Shown here: positions 49,001 to 63,299 of the stretch, piece after piece
Position numbering within the stretch: the stretch's first letter is position 1
Layout: each line of letters begins with the position of its first letter
Source: Vicugna vicugna
Taxonomy: Eukaryota
Length of the DNA stretch: 64,000 nt
Assembly: GCA_013265495.1 (NCBI GenBank)
Contig: MU057981.1
Location: 205,931-269,930, forward strand
Direction: 5' to 3'
The notes under the pieces: model-generated
What the model saw: the letters and a program-made list of their open reading frames with translations, nothing else
Databases searched by the model: none
What the model was told of the DNA's origin: nothing
Translations under genes and position numbers: made by a program

Positions 49001-50346
49001 CGGCTTTTTGACCGCCCCGTGTAGACTCTCAGTGCTCCAAAGGGATGCCTTGTGGTTTGGAGATGGGATTCTCACTTCTGTAAATACCCAAGGATTGTGT
49101 TATTTGGCCCTGCTGATTTGAATGTATTCTTTAGAAAGTATATATTTTAGATATATTTTTCAAGCATGCATGCTTTTTTCTTTTATTATTTATAGTTCTG
49201 CCCTCTCATCTCTTGGTGTTATTTTTCATGGAATCCAGGAATCAGTCCTAAGCCACCTGCCTTTTCACACTTCTCCATGGTGATCTTCTTTCCTGACTAG
49301 AAGAGGGGTTTTCATAGGAAATTTTCTTTGTGCCCCTTTTCTTGGAGTCTCTCTGTCTGTCTGCCCATCTCTCACCTGTCCATCTGTCCATTTATCTACC
49401 CACTCATTCTTCTGACTTGTTCCAAAAAGCATTTCTGGCAGCTTACAGAGGAACAGACACCAAATAAACAGGTGAGAGAATGGGGCCAAGTTCGGACAGT
49501 GAGGCCAGGAGGCGAGCCTCTGTGAGTGTTGCAGGCAAGAGACACACGCCTCTGCCCTGTGACTTATAAGATCGACAGGAAGAGTGTGCTTGTGGCTCCC
49601 AGCAGACACAGGGAAACAGGGTTTGTGGGAGATGCTCACTGGCTGTGAAATAAATAAATGGCTTAGGAGAAGCCCAGCCTTTCCAGCTACTAAGGCTTAG
49701 GAGAATATTTTGAGTGTCTTCCAAAATCAGAGTATTTCATCTTTTATTTTTTCAGAGTTCTAGATATAGTTGGTTACATTCTATACCTGGAAATTTCTCA
49801 AAAACTCCTTCCCACATGAGTCCCATGGCTCGGGAATGGGGTGGTTCTGCTCATTGATGGTGTTTGGACAGAAACAGAAAATGACAACCTCCAAGGAACC
49901 TGGGACTCTTTGGTTATGTTTTGTCAGTGCTGTAGATCTCAGAAAATGCTTTCATAGTTTCTCTCCAGCTGAGGCAGCAGCGTGCTCTCTTACCAGCATC
50001 AGGAGCTCAGGGCCACGGGATGGTGGGGGCTGACTGCACTGCCGTCAAGACATCTAAGGTAGTCTCTACAGGTGTGGTGCTTTTATGTAGTGCATTTCAT
50101 ATTCTTTAATAGAAGGTTTCAACAGGGAGTTAATTGAGTTAATTAACATTTAATAAATATGATGCTTTGTTGAAAAGACAGTTATAGGCAGAATATAAGC
50201 TGTGAAGATTTTAAGAAAGGTTTCATTACTGAAATTTCAGTCGGGAAGATTCATAGTTTATCTTATTTATGCGTCTCTTTTAAAGTAACAAAGAAACAAG
50301 ACAGAAAAAGCAGAGGATGATTTCTGTTCTTCCTCTCAGCTTGCAG

Positions 50347-50467
50347 GCTCTCTCACCTCCAGTGACATCCATCCAGACACCAGCACTGACACTGGCCGTG
50401 CTCAGAACTTCCTCAGCCCTGAAGACACAACTGACAAATAGAAGGGGGCCGCGTCCTGTTACAGCAG
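50347..50467 (+). pseudogene. TRAPPC9: TRAPPC9 pseudogene exon 6 equivalent
   Basis: gcag|..SLTSSDIHPDTSTDTGRAQNFLSPEDTTDK*KGAASCYS|gt versus human [40 protein letters not shown]. TAG at 50439-50441. Confidence 0.9.
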
Positions 50468-51699
50468 GTGCTCTCACTTTGTGGGTCCTTATGTAACTGT
50501 GCGGTGTTAATCAGGATCGCCCATTCTACATTGCGTGACGGTGCTGTGGTGTCTCCTAGTTACTTGTTTCTGTATGTACTCGTGTATTTTCTCCAATGTG
50601 TGGTACTACATATCTTAAAATGATTTTTTTAGATGAAAAATAATGTGTATTTAATATAATAATTCTGAAAAAAGGGACAAAAGAGGCTATCCTGGTCCCA
50701 CTACTCAGAGATAATAATTAACACTTTAACATCTATTTTTTGTTCTTTTTGTCAGTGTGTATTAACTCTCGCAGAAAAACCAGCGAGCACTCTGTACCTG
50801 TTTACTGTGTGGAGACCTCCATTTTCCATTCGGCTTTTTATATGTTTTTCTACAATATTCTAACTACCCTGGCATGATTTTTAATGACCAGTATAGCATT
50901 CTGTCTTGTGGAGGCATCGTCCATTTTACTTCGGACTTAAATAAACTTTTAAATTCCAAGTATACTTAACTGAAATACTGAAAAGAGAACTGTGGTGGTA
51001 CCGATAGGCCCCTATATCCCTTCCCCTTATTTCCTGAGGGTAAAAGCTGTTGACAATGTGGTATATATATTTCATGACATTTATGCCTATGACATATATA
51101 TATATATATATATATACACATACATACATAGATACATACATGAATCTGAGAAGTCTATGTATATGTGTGTGTGTGTATATGCTTTATTGAAAAATAACAC
51201 CATACTATATGTTTTCTGTACCTCGCTTTATTCCCTCAGGGTATATCATAGACGTCCTCCCACTGCAGACTCACCCGGTCCTTTCAGATAGAGTGGAGGG
51301 GTCCTCTGATGTGCAGGTGGGGTCTCTTGTGCAAGGACACCTTTGGTGGGAGAGTGCTGCGGACAAGGCCCTGGACCATGCCAAAACGCCGGCCCCATCA
51401 GAGCCCACAGCTCGCCGTGATTTACCACACTGTTGCCTTGATGGTGGACACTTAAGTTTTCTCTATTTTCCACTGTCAGAAAAGATGTTTGACTGGCATC
51501 CTTCTGCAAATATTTCTGTGATCTCGTATGAGTATTCCTTTAGTTAAGGCTTCTGGAAATTTAGTCCCTGGATGTGACATTTACATTCATCACAGGCTCT
51601 TTTCAAGTGACTCTAGAAATTCCTTCTCCAGTGAGGATTGAAATGATGGAGAATTACTTATGAAACCATTTCTCTATCGCTGGATATGATTTCACTTCA

Positions 51700-53170
51700 G
51701 CTTTTCTTCTCACCATTGTAAAGAGTGCTGTGAAAATATCCTGATGAGTACATCTTTTTGAACTGATTTTTTTTTCTAAACAGAACGATTTCTACAAGTG
51801 GAGTTGAGTTGAGTAGTCTGTGTGTACACACATTTTTCAGAGTTTACATATCCATTGACATGTTGTCCTCCAAACACGTCGCTCACAGTTTGTTCTCTCA
51901 CAGATGGACACTAGCTAGAATATCTTTTAATACTATTTGCCAATATGATGAGCAAAAGTGCTTTTTCATTGTTTTAGTTTGCATTTGATGACCAGTGAGA
52001 TATTCAGCATTTTTCACTGATTAGCCATCTGACTTCTAAAAAGTGAATGATCCCTTTTGTTCTTTGCACACATTTAAGTGAGGGAGCTTCTTGTTGCTTT
52101 GTGAGAGCTCTTTGTATGTTATGAACATTAACCCCTTGTCTTCATCAACATGTATCATGCAGCTTTTTCTTGTCATTTCTTGCCTTTCATTTTGTTCAAT
52201 AGGTTTACTTTGTTGTGGCCCAAAATATACTTAAGATAGTAAATGACTTCTTTTTGGGTTTTATTTTTGGTATTATTCTTAGAAATACTTTCTTATAATG
52301 GTACAAATCTCTTCTGTAGGTTTTGTGATCTTTAAGATGGAGATGATAATAGTACTTGTTATAGTGAGGAGAAGTTGAATTAATATGAGCAAAGAGTTGT
52401 ATTTGCTGCTATTAGTACTTTTTAATATTTACATCACTCTCTGTAATTTTTCTTGTCGTCATTATGACAGGAATAGAATTTGTTGTTTCCAGGTGATTCT
52501 CTGATTTTCCCAGGACAGTTATTGAATACATAATTTGTCCTTTTATTTGAAATCCCATGTGTACAAAATACTTATGTACACTAGAGTCTCTTCTAGAGCT
52601 CCTGGTTTATTTCTGTCAATCTTACTTTCTTACTCTAGCACCATATCTTACATATTGTAAAAATTTATTTAATATCTGACAATGCAATTTCATTGATTCT
52701 TTTCTTCCATCCCAAATTTTCTTGGCTAGTTTTATGACTTTATTATTCCTGAAGAATTCTAAAATACTTTTTTCAAGTTAAAAAAAAAACAGATAAAGGT
52801 TTTCATAGAATTTTTTAGTAAGTTTTGAATTATCTTAAGCAGAACTTTCATCTTTAAAAAACTGCTTTCCTCCATGCAATATGTTGATGTCTCTAAATTC
52901 ACATCTCTTACTTTACCCCTCAGTACAGTCCTGTAGTTTCTCCATGTAGAACATGGGCATTATTTTTGAGTTTATTCCAGATTATTTTTTATGTTTTAGT
53001 TAATTTTGTAAGTAAGAATTTTTTGCGATTATATTTTTTAACTGTTTAAACTGACACCTAAGAAGGCAGATTCGGTTTGTAAATACTCACATTGTAACTT
53101 GTCATTTAAAATTGTAAGTATTAAATACTTGTCCCAGAATCCTTTCTTTTCTGTTTTTCAAAATTTGTTT
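51700..53170 (-). mobile_element. Very old L1 remnant, boundaries approximate
   Basis: AT-rich with degenerate L1 antisense motifs (ttttagtttgcatttg, gagctctttgtatgttatgaacattaacccc). Confidence 0.5.
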
Positions 53171-55467
53171 CGAAGATTATCAAAATGGTCATAGCTAAGT
53201 AGTATAGGTGGGGAGACAGATGGAGATAGGTAGTGTGGCTCATGTACAAACTGTGAGCAGTTTCATGGCTGCATTTAGGCTGGAGAGGCCTCAGAAGAGC
53301 CCAGGTAAGACCGGGATGGCTTTGTATGCACTTGAAAGCCAGCTTTCCTGCCTTTATGGTGAAGCCTGGTGGGAGTGTCAGGTAGATGAACAAGGTCCAA
53401 TGGAGGTCATTGGCTGCACAGAGCACTGTGACTGTGAGAACCGGAGACCATCGCCATGGGAAATCCTTGGTGCCAGGAACACTGCAGGGGAGTTGGAGTC
53501 TGTGTGTTAAGGATTTTCCAGTCCTGGGAGTGAGAAGAGCAGACTCTGCATTCAGATCTGAGTTTGAATTCACCCTCTCTTGTTTACTGGTCCTCTGACT
53601 TTTGTCAAGTTATATACCCTCTTTGAACTCCTGTTTTCTTGTCTCTCAAAATAGGAGAATTACGGCCTGCTGCTAGAGTGTTTGATCAGGGTAAATGATT
53701 TGTGTCTATAACATGTCACGTACTGTCACAAGTTCAGTGAGAAATGGGCTGTCGCCTCTTCTTCTGCAACTCAGTGCTCGACAAGACATCGGGGGAAAGC
53801 CAGTCCCTAAATTGTGTGTGGTGTAAGCAGGAACAAAATTAATGTCTTGCCTTTCACTAGCAGTATCCTTACTCCTTTGCTTCATTTACTTCTTTCCTCC
53901 TTTCCTTTCCCCTTACCCCTCCTCCACCAAAAGAGTCTGAGAATGTCTCAGAACACTAGATTCAAATTACTTTAAAGGTTGTCTCATTCTCATGAAATGA
54001 CAGTAACATAAAAAAATATCTGTACACATCCCAGAATTCATTGTATTTGATTTACACACACATGCATGAGTACACACACACACACAATCAGGCTACCTCC
54101 CACTTACTGAGGGAGAAGAACCACTTATTCTTACTTTTCATTCACTGAGCATGAGAGCAAATTGTCTTACTCAGACTTCACCTGGCTTTGTGCATGGTGT
54201 TTTTAGTTGGATTTCTGCTTTGTGGCCATAGAATTATTCTCCTAATAGAAGAGAGGAAGTGGAGACATAGACATTCTGCTGAGATATTGGTTTCATCATA
54301 TTTGAGTTGGAAAGGACTTAAGACTGCATAGAGTCATAACTGTCTATGGGTGAGAATCCATGACAGTGTAACTTGGACAAGAACCTGGATCTTCTGACAT
54401 CGTGTCCACACGGGTGAAGAGGCAACTTGGTGGGGGATGGCAGGGATCCTTCTTGCTTAAGTTCCAGGGTCGTGCTAGTTATCATTGCTCACCTGCCTTT
54501 AGTTTAGGTCCATGTGGCCTCTCATGGGAAGGTCACTCTGTCCTGATAAGTAGAGTTTCTAATCAGCAAAAAGCTCTGGACCCACTCATATTTCCCAGAG
54601 TTTTTTCTGCTGACCTGCTGACACTTTATATAAATGAGACATAAGAAACTACTGGATATTAAATCCTTTGTGTTATCGTTAGCCTTCGAGTTCCATAGGA
54701 ATGGGGTGCTGTCTCAGGCTGTCTAAGGCTAGATCTGAACAAAGATAGGGTGATAGGCTGTGCTGCTGGTCCCTCCACAATCAAATGTGATTTCCACCTT
54801 AGTTTTTAGAATCAGGCAGATGAGCTCAAATCTTGCCTTTACCAGTTATTAGCTTAGTGACCTTGGGGAAGAAACTACTTTTTTGTGTACAATTTTCTTT
54901 GTCTGTAAATAAGTTCAGTATTTATTTTAAGGTTTTTGTTTTAGAATTGAATGAACTAATTCCCTCATTTATACCTAAAATACTGTTCGCGTGGTTCTAT
55001 GCTGGTGCCTTGGTTGTTGATTACTAAGGCACTCGGCAGTGAGAAAGAGGGTGGGGGAACCCTGGATTCTAGAGCTTATATTCCAGGATATGCTTGTAAA
55101 AGTCTGGCTGTGCAGTGGAGTTTTAGTAAATATCCATTCCTTTCCTAATCCGCATTGATTGTGTATATATCTTTATACTAATATATGAACAATTTTTTAA
55201 TGCAATTTAAATCTTTCTGTAGTATTTAAAATATGTAACTATAACAAAAATACGTGAAATAAAATGATTTCACTTTTCTTTTCAATAAGCAAAAAAAAAA
55301 TAGAAAATTAAAGTTTTGAAGAAGTAGAAATAACCTTATTTCCATAGAATCAATTCCCTATGATAGGTTTTTTGGTTGTGTTGTTAAACAGCATATAAAA
55401 TTGATAGGTTGTGACACAACGGAAATGCGGAAACAGTGGAGACATACTACCACCAATGCAGTCATTT

Positions 55468-56008
55468 TGTTACCAAGTCCAAACTAATTCTGCTTGCTGC
55501 ATGACAGGCCAATAAATCAGGAGAAGAGGTGTTGGAGCAAAGAATAGTGACTTTATTAGAAAAGCTGGCAGACTCAGAAGATGGCATACTGATATCCTGA
55601 TGAACCCTCTTCCCCAAGTCAGATTTCAGTCTCCTTTTATACTAAAAAGGGGTGGGGGTGTGGTTGGTTGCTGTAAACTTCTTGCTGTAAGAATTGTTTG
55701 TCCTTGGAATCCTTTGTTCTTGCAGCTGTCCATGTGGGTCAAATCATGGTGCCTGTGTAAAACCTCCCCAAAACAACCAAAGTTTATTCTCTGTTTTGCA
55801 ACGTGCCATCTCTACATAAGTGCAGAAGAGCTAACATCCTTAAAGATCAGAGCCCGGAGAATAGGCTCTCCTTGATATTTCAGGCTAAAAGCAACTTTCT
55901 TTTACAAAAGGTGCAAAGCTAGCAAGTCTGAGCCTCGAAAACAGGTCACAGGTTTAAAGCCAAAGGAACACATCTAATATGGAGTCAAATTTGTTCTTTT
56001 CTATTACA
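55468..56008 (-). mobile_element. Solo LTR (ERV1-type, family 2) with perfect 4-bp TSD
   Basis: attt|TGTTACC...TATTACA|attt. Homologous to the 13.8 and 14.8 kb LTRs. Confidence 0.9.
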
Positions 56009-57170
56009 ATTTCTTTTTCCACCTCATAAATAATTTTATTAAGAAACATGGGTGATTTTTTTATTTTTACTTCTTAATAACGGATAAGTTGTCCGAATAC
56101 ATTTTTGTGATCAGGGATGCTGTATGGGCCCTGGGGTCACAGCAAACTCTTGTTGGGCATGGTCGAACCTGCAACATGCCTGATGCCCCGTGAGTGTTGG
56201 TGAGGGACCCCCTAACCAGGGGCTGTCTTAAGGAACCAGCATATGGGCATTGACCTCTGGAGACCTCTTTTTCAGCTGCAGGAGTTTTTTTCAGATACTG
56301 TGATTGAAAAATCACTCAAGCTGGGGATAATTAGGGAATAAAGGAAGAGGAAAAGTGCTTGGAGTAGAGTAGAAGAGAAGGACAGAAGATCAGGGAGCCT
56401 GGGGGCTTGGCAGCGGGGCCTCCAGAGAGAGAGAAGCAGTGGTGTGGAGGGGCCCGGTTCCAGAACCAGCTCCTGCACCTATCCCCGCCCCCAAGACACA
56501 CAGCCTTTAATTACCCAGGACTCTCTCCTGTCTGGACATCACCCAAGGCAGAACCTTGAGAATCGAAATTAAGGGGTGGGCAGCACTCACCTAGGGGGTC
56601 ACAGAGGACTTTGGTCAAGTCAACAGTGCCTTTTCTGGTCATGTGTCTTCACTTGTCCTTTATCTTTGGATCTGAGGAACAGGAGTAAGGAACTCAGAGA
56701 GAGATCCAGGACGACATCTGAGTGTGTTAGGGAGGACATTCACAGCGACATGGGGAGCGAGGACACTTGCAGCAAAGTAAAATGACTTCACAACTATTGC
56801 ATCAGAGCTGCAGGTGTGAGAGAGCCTAAGCCTGTCTCAGAGTGCAGGGGACAAGCGGAAAGGAATGGTAAAATTTCCACTGACAATTGAAATTTTGTTA
56901 AATTGCCTGCTACTGTTAATTGTATCACTTGAATGTATGCAGGTGTATTTCTATGAGCATTTATAGGTTCACTCAACCACACAAGCCCCTCTTGCCCCCA
57001 TCGGGGATGTGCTTTCTCAAGCACAGTGCCCCTCCTCCTTGAGTGGGCCACACTGTGGGTCCTCACCTGGGGCTGGGCTGCTGCAGGGCACTGAGTCCCT
57101 GAGGCACGGCCTGTGAGACACGACAGGAATATCTCTGCTCTTGACTGAGGGCCTCCATTTCCCCCTGCAG

Positions 57171-57294
57171 TGTAAGAATGCCGGTGACTCAGTTAGAAGC
57201 ATGCTTTGAAGCTGTCCGTGTCCTTTCCATCCAGAAGCGGAGCCTGGAAGCTTCTGAATTTCTCCAGAATGCTGTTTACATTCACCTTCGACAG
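57171..57294 (+). pseudogene. TRAPPC9: TRAPPC9 pseudogene exon 7 equivalent
   Basis: gcag|[42 protein letters not shown]|gtgagt versus human [42 protein letters not shown]. 2-nt frameshift. Confidence 0.94.
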
Positions 57295-60200
57295 GTGAGT
57301 GTATGTCCACTTACAAGTGGAGTAATTACTGCAGTTTTTCTGAAACTTACTCACTACTATTCCATCTGATTTTTCTGTGCTAGGATTCAGTATGGCATGC
57401 TACACATTCTGGAGTCAGATCTTGAAACCCTGTTGAAGAGGATTATTTATTTTATTTCTTTATATGATAGAATTTTACTTTCAAAATTCAGAGTTTTCGG
57501 TTCTTTGAGGAAAATTTTGGGGGAGTTGGAGAATCAACTTTGCTCTTACCATCTTTGTGACCTGTTGCTATATGCCTCTCACCTGTCTTCTATCACTTGT
57601 GAGGCAGTTCCATTTGTGACCCTGTGCGGGTTGTTCATATTATAAAATATAAAGTCTGTAAAAGTACAGTCCCTTTTACTCCGAAGACATTCCATAAGTA
57701 CTACTTAAATCTGGGTGTGGTTTTTAGAAGACAGTATGATTAGAACATGTACTTGCAGGTTGCTAGTGCAAAATCCCCAAATCAATACTCTAGCTGAACA
57801 TCTAAAATCTTTCTAATCTACCTTGGATTTGTATGGATAAGTGAAGCAGTTTGCTAAGAACACAAGACCAGGTTTAGAATACAGGCTGGTGTTGCTCAAC
57901 AGGTCCTCCCAAGCTGATGCTCTGCCAGAGGGCGGGGCCGAGTAAAGAGGGCGGGTCCTGCCCTCCCTGAGCTGACAGTTTCATGGCAAAGACCTTCATC
58001 AGGTGAAGAACTGGGAGTTTCTTCTAAGAAGAGTGGGTTTGAAAAGAGTCCTGTAAGCGCGGGACTGACACAATCTTATTTGTCTCAAGTAGGGGAGAGC
58101 AGCTGTGGGGCCACTTGGGAGACTCGTGAGTCCAGGTGTTCAGTGTTGGTGGCTTCCACTTGAGCTGTGGGACGGTCAGTGGGTAAAAGTGAACAGATTG
58201 AAGGCATGTTTAGATGGTAAAAAGGAAAGGATGAATGCTGTCTGTGAAGGTAGGATGGAGTAAGACCCAGGTTTCTGGGTGGATTAATGAGGTAAATGAT
58301 GGTCCTGCTTTGCTCTTAGGAAGGAAACTTGCAGAGGGAGTTCGGGGGAAAACTGATGAGTTCAGCTGTGGGTAAAGTGAAAGGCTGTTCAATGTGTGGT
58401 CTGGGAGCTCAGGTGAGAGCCAGTAGTGAGTAGGGGGAGGAGAGACAGACTTTCAAATTATTTTGTCTTGTGAACATACAAATAAGTATGAGTAATGACA
58501 CACTTAACACCTCTATATTCTGGATTTAAAACCCAGTAACATTTTGTTATATTGAGTGCAGAGGTTCTTAATTTTTTTAATAGAAATAAAACAAGTAGAA
58601 ACAAAATAGTGGAGTTAATCAACATCTTAGAGTTGATGTGTGTCCTTGTATGTATTTTGATACCTCATCTGTTTATAAGCATAATCTACAAAAGCTTGTT
58701 TAGCATAAGAGTTAGAAAGAGAGATGTGACACACAATGTTGGGGGTTGAGGCTGATCTTCTTGGGCAAATTTTGTAGCCTCTCTGTGCCTTATTTGCATC
58801 TTCTGTGACTGCCCCCGGGCCCCTCATCACAGCTGATTTCCTAGACTAGATGTTGGGAGGGAGGCTGCTGAAGGGATTAAGAAATGGAAACTGCTAGAGA
58901 TACTGAAGAGAGAGAAAAAAACAGAATAAAGCCGATAAACTGACTGCAAATACCATCAAAAGTGAAAGAATCCCCCAGTGTTTTGAGCCACTTAGCTTAA
59001 GGGAAACAAAATCACGTGGACCCAATTCTCTTGAGCATGTGAGTATTGTGGGTGGTAAGGTGTCATCAGAAAAGGGTTGAGAAGAAGCCTTTTGGTTTCC
59101 CTTGACGTTTCCAGTAAGGATGGGGCGCAGGAGCCAAAACCCCGTGCTTCACAGTGGAAGCTGCTGTTTTGTGCGGAACTGACCAAAGGTTGGAAACCAG
59201 TCATCAGCAGTGCTGGAAAATGAAGAGGCTTCTGGTTTGGGTGGGGCACTTGCTGTGACTTCCAGGTGACTTGCTGCCTGGGGGCTGTGAGGCAGGCAGT
59301 AGGTTTGCAGGATGACCGGGGCATAATCCCTGGCTCTGAGGCTGCTGGTCTGATTAGCAGACCTTGGCACACACAGTCCCAATGGGGCAGCTCGGGATGT
59401 GGCCTGGGACTCCTGCCATGCTGAGGGCGAGAAGAGTGCTCCCTTGTGTGGGTGTCCCTGCTGAGAGTGGAAACGTCCTCCCACAGGAGAGGAAGAGCCT
59501 CTGAGCAGGGGGCCGGAAGCATAGGCAAGATCAGCCTGAGCACGGAGGGTTTGGGAAGCCGGAAGTCATACAGTGGCCCGAGCAGCCTTGTTCCTGAGAG
59601 ACTGGAGGGAAAAGATGCTGAAAAGTCAGGCTAGGTTCCGACCCTGTGGTGGGTTATGAGTGACAGGAAAGGACTGGTCAGGCAGGCACTAGAGAATCCT
59701 GTGGGCGTCCCAGCTGGTGCGTCCCGCTGGAGGGAGGAGCAGAGTTATAGACTTTGCCACTTATTAGCTGTATGACTTGGAGCAATATCACTCCAACTCT
59801 CTCTACATATATCTTGATAGGTATAGTGACAGAGTGACAAGCTCGTGTCATCAGAAGTCTTAGTTTAGCTCTGATCCTCTGTGTCCAGTCCTGTCAGTGC
59901 TGCCCTGCAAGGTTTTGCAAGTGGCTACTCTTACCCTGAGATGGGAGGTCGTAGAGGGACATTGTAGCGCCTGAGGGCAGGAAGAGGTTGCTTTAAAAGC
60001 AGACGTGTAGCCGCCTGCATTATCAGACCTGCAGGCAGTTTGGTTGACGGTAGCGGAGAGGACTTTGGAGGGTTAGCATCGTCTTAAAACTTGTTTTCCC
60101 TTGGGGACCGGATTTGCCTTTGCAGATTAATGTTGAAGATTTGGGCTTCTGGTAAAGCTGTTTTCAGAGATGGGTATATACGCAACATACCGTATAAAAT

Positions 60201-60531
60201 AAAATGCTTTTATTTAATGTGCGGGACTTTGCAGCTGTCGGGAACATCTCTGTTGGCCTGGTCTCCACGGAGGGCAGTAGGGGTCAGCAGAGTGTGTGGG
60301 AGGGTAGGCTGACCGCCTTGCTTCTGCAGGGGGTTCTCCACAGCAAGGCACTATGTTGAGTTGACTCTTCCTTATGTTTGGTCTGAGCAGACAGCAAAGT
60401 AATGAGTTCTGGTGGGATTGTATAATGACAAGAAGAAAAAGGAACCCGTAGTTTTTCGGGACTATAACACACATTTGGTTCCCGATCCAGTGTGTTCCGT
60501 TACAGAATTGATGAGTTGTGTCTATTCTGGG

Positions 60532-61017
60532 TCTTGATTGAAATAAACGTTCAGCCTAAATTTTAAGAGTTATGTTTTATTTGGCGGGAGGACTCGAGCC
60601 GGGATGAAAGGCTCTCAGATCACTCTGAGGGACTGCTCCCAAGAGGTAGGGAAGGAGCTGGGATATATAGGAGCTTTACAACAAAGACCAGGTAGTTGGA
60701 ACGATAAAATATTGCTTGTTATCTAAAGAAAGCCAGGTATCTCAAGTTCAAGAATTTAGTGCTTTTCTATGTATGGAAAGCAAACATCTCACTGAATTCA
60801 TTCTTTAGACAAGTACCTAGCTATCTAGGGCAAGTATCCTGTCCTTTCTTATTCTGAGTCTTCTCAGAGGGCACCGTTGTGAGTGGCTGCAGAGGCTAGG
60901 CTGCAGGCCTGTCCTTGCTGGGATGTGTTGGCAGCCACTGATGACTTGGTTTCAGCATTCTTTGTTTACTGACATGGTTGCAGTATTTTCATTCACATTG
61001 TAGTATTTTCATTCACA
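60532..61017 (-). mobile_element. Probable solo LTR (ERV1-type, third family), boundaries approximate
   Basis: ttttattt (polyA signal on the minus strand), tatatag (TATA on the minus strand), ctctcagatcactctgagggactgctcc motif, ends ttcattcaca. Confidence 0.6.
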
Positions 61018-61939
61018 GACTGATTATGGATAATCTGCAAACTTGGAAAGCAGCCGAGATGGAATTACTGCAGGTACCTTCTACTTTAATAAACCGTGTG
61101 CAAACATAAACACGGAAGAAGCATACATTTGGATTTGGTGGTGTAAGGAAGGGTTTCTGCACGTTACAGGAGAAGGCAAGGCACAATTCCTCTTCTTTGT
61201 GGGCAGGGACGTAAGTCCACCTTTCTTATTTGTAGTGGTTTCTGAGAACAGTTTATAGTAATTAACCAACATTGACAAACGGTGGCACACATTGCATTTA
61301 ACAGATGGCCGGCTGCAAACTTGTATATTGGACAGGTAGATTTCAAAGGCAAGTGGTCAGGTGGATGGGAGAGAGATGGTGCCCAGGCCTGGGCCCAGAT
61401 TCAGGTTTAAATCACCATTTCCTCACCTTAGGGCCTTGGACTAGTATGTAACATCTCTTAACCTGTTAGTGAATCTGTGAAATGGGCATGATAATATTCG
61501 TTTCTTCCTGGGATTGTTGTAAGTTGTAAAGAGTATTATAGCACACATGAAGCACTTAACACACTGGCACTTAGCTGTGTTCACTGTTTGCGGCCGCCCC
61601 ACTTGGCGTGTGTCAGAGCCGTAAAGACAGCATGTGTCTATTGGGGATATACGGGTAGCCCCTTGAAAAGGTTGTGAATTTGGTGATTTCCTTTAATCCT
61701 TGTAAATCTGTGTGCCATGGGCAGTTGTTTTCATGGACAGATGAGGAATCTCAGGGTAAAGAAGACTGTGTAATTTGCCCAAACTCAGACCATAATTTTG
61801 GGTGCAGGGGCCTCAGTTCAGCATGGGCCCCTGGGCCTTCTGCCCTCTCCATTCAGCACCAGAGCCAGATGTGTGTTCAGCTGTCTCCCAGCCCAGAATA
61901 TCCAGCAGGCAGCAAGACACACCTGGCCCTGTGCTGCTT

Positions 61940-62075
61940 NNNNNNNNNNNNNNNNNNNNNNNNNNNNNNNNNNNNNNNNNNNNNNNNNNNNNNNNNNNNN
62001 NNNNNNNNNNNNNNNNNNNNNNNNNNNNNNNNNNNNNNNNNNNNNNNNNNNNNNNNNNNNNNNNNNNNNNNNNNN
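61940..62075. other. Assembly gap (other gaps at 182-344 and 555-993)
   Basis: Runs of N. Confidence 1.
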
Positions 62076-63299
62076 AACTACCAAGCTCTGCTGCTGCACC
62101 AAGGCAGGAAGGCAGGGCGCGTGTGACCAGGTAGACTGGGCCTCGTTGATCGTACTCATTCCCCATTAAGCGACAGCTGTCTCGGGCACTTATGTAGTAA
62201 ACAGATGCTGGCCACAATCATCACACATTTTGCTTGGTAGTTTAATTGGCCCCACCTTTGAGATGAGGTCATTGAAGCTGGGGAGTTTGTTGCATGCCCT
62301 TGGAAATACCCCCACTGGTCTTTCAACGTAGGCTGGTTTGGCTATCATGCCCCAGCCCTGTGAATGGCATTGTGTAGCTTCTCCCAAGTGGCCCAAATGA
62401 CTGACATTGATTTTCTTAATTCGTAGGAAATGGTATGTGACAATAGGAGAAAAATGTAGTAAGAAATTGTTTGGAAAAATAGAAAAAAATCCAGTTCTTC
62501 CCCAGCTGGGGGAGCGTACCCTGTGTCACTCACCCCACTCACTGCCTGGCACCTCTTCCCTGCTGACTCCGTGTTCAGAAGCCACTCTGAGCCTTATAAG
62601 AACATTTTACCTCATGACACTGTTGACTAGGACCTGCAAGCTCTCTGTCCCTGGTTAACTCTCTCTTCCAAGCCATTTAAATTTTATGCAGGCTTCTCTG
62701 CTCAGATGTAAGAATAGCCTCTTTAAACTTCTTGATGCAGCTCCTTAATGAAGATCTTGTGAAGGAAACCTAGCCAAAACCTGGGAGGTATGCACATAGT
62801 GACTGCAACCCCGGCACTTTGTGAAGTTCAGAATCAGAGGGGTGGGAGATTTAGGAAAGGCTTTTTAAAGTAGCAAGGGGAAAGTGAAAGGACGAATTCT
62901 GTGTGAGACTGAAACATCTCCGTCCCAGCCAGCAAGGCACCTGCGTTCAGGATGGTGTGTGGAGAGTGCAGAGTTCTCACAAAGAAAGAAGTGGTGGGAT
63001 GGGAGGGAGGACAGTTAGGTTCTTTACTGGGGAAGGAAAAATTGGGCTGAGCATTTCCTGGTTGAACAAGAGGATTGTGACATTATGTGTTTGTATTTTG
63101 GAGAGAAGGGTTTTGTGAGGACAGGCCTAGGGACAACGCTCTCTGGCTGGGGAGTCAGCACAACAGGGAACCACAGAGAACCGGGCAGACCCCAGGGCCC
63201 CTGATGGGGGAGAGGCTGCCCGCCATTTCGAGCCCTGGGGGCTGCTTCTGTCCCTTAGCTAGGGCCTCAGAGCTCCCTTCATAACCCAGTCCTGTTGAT

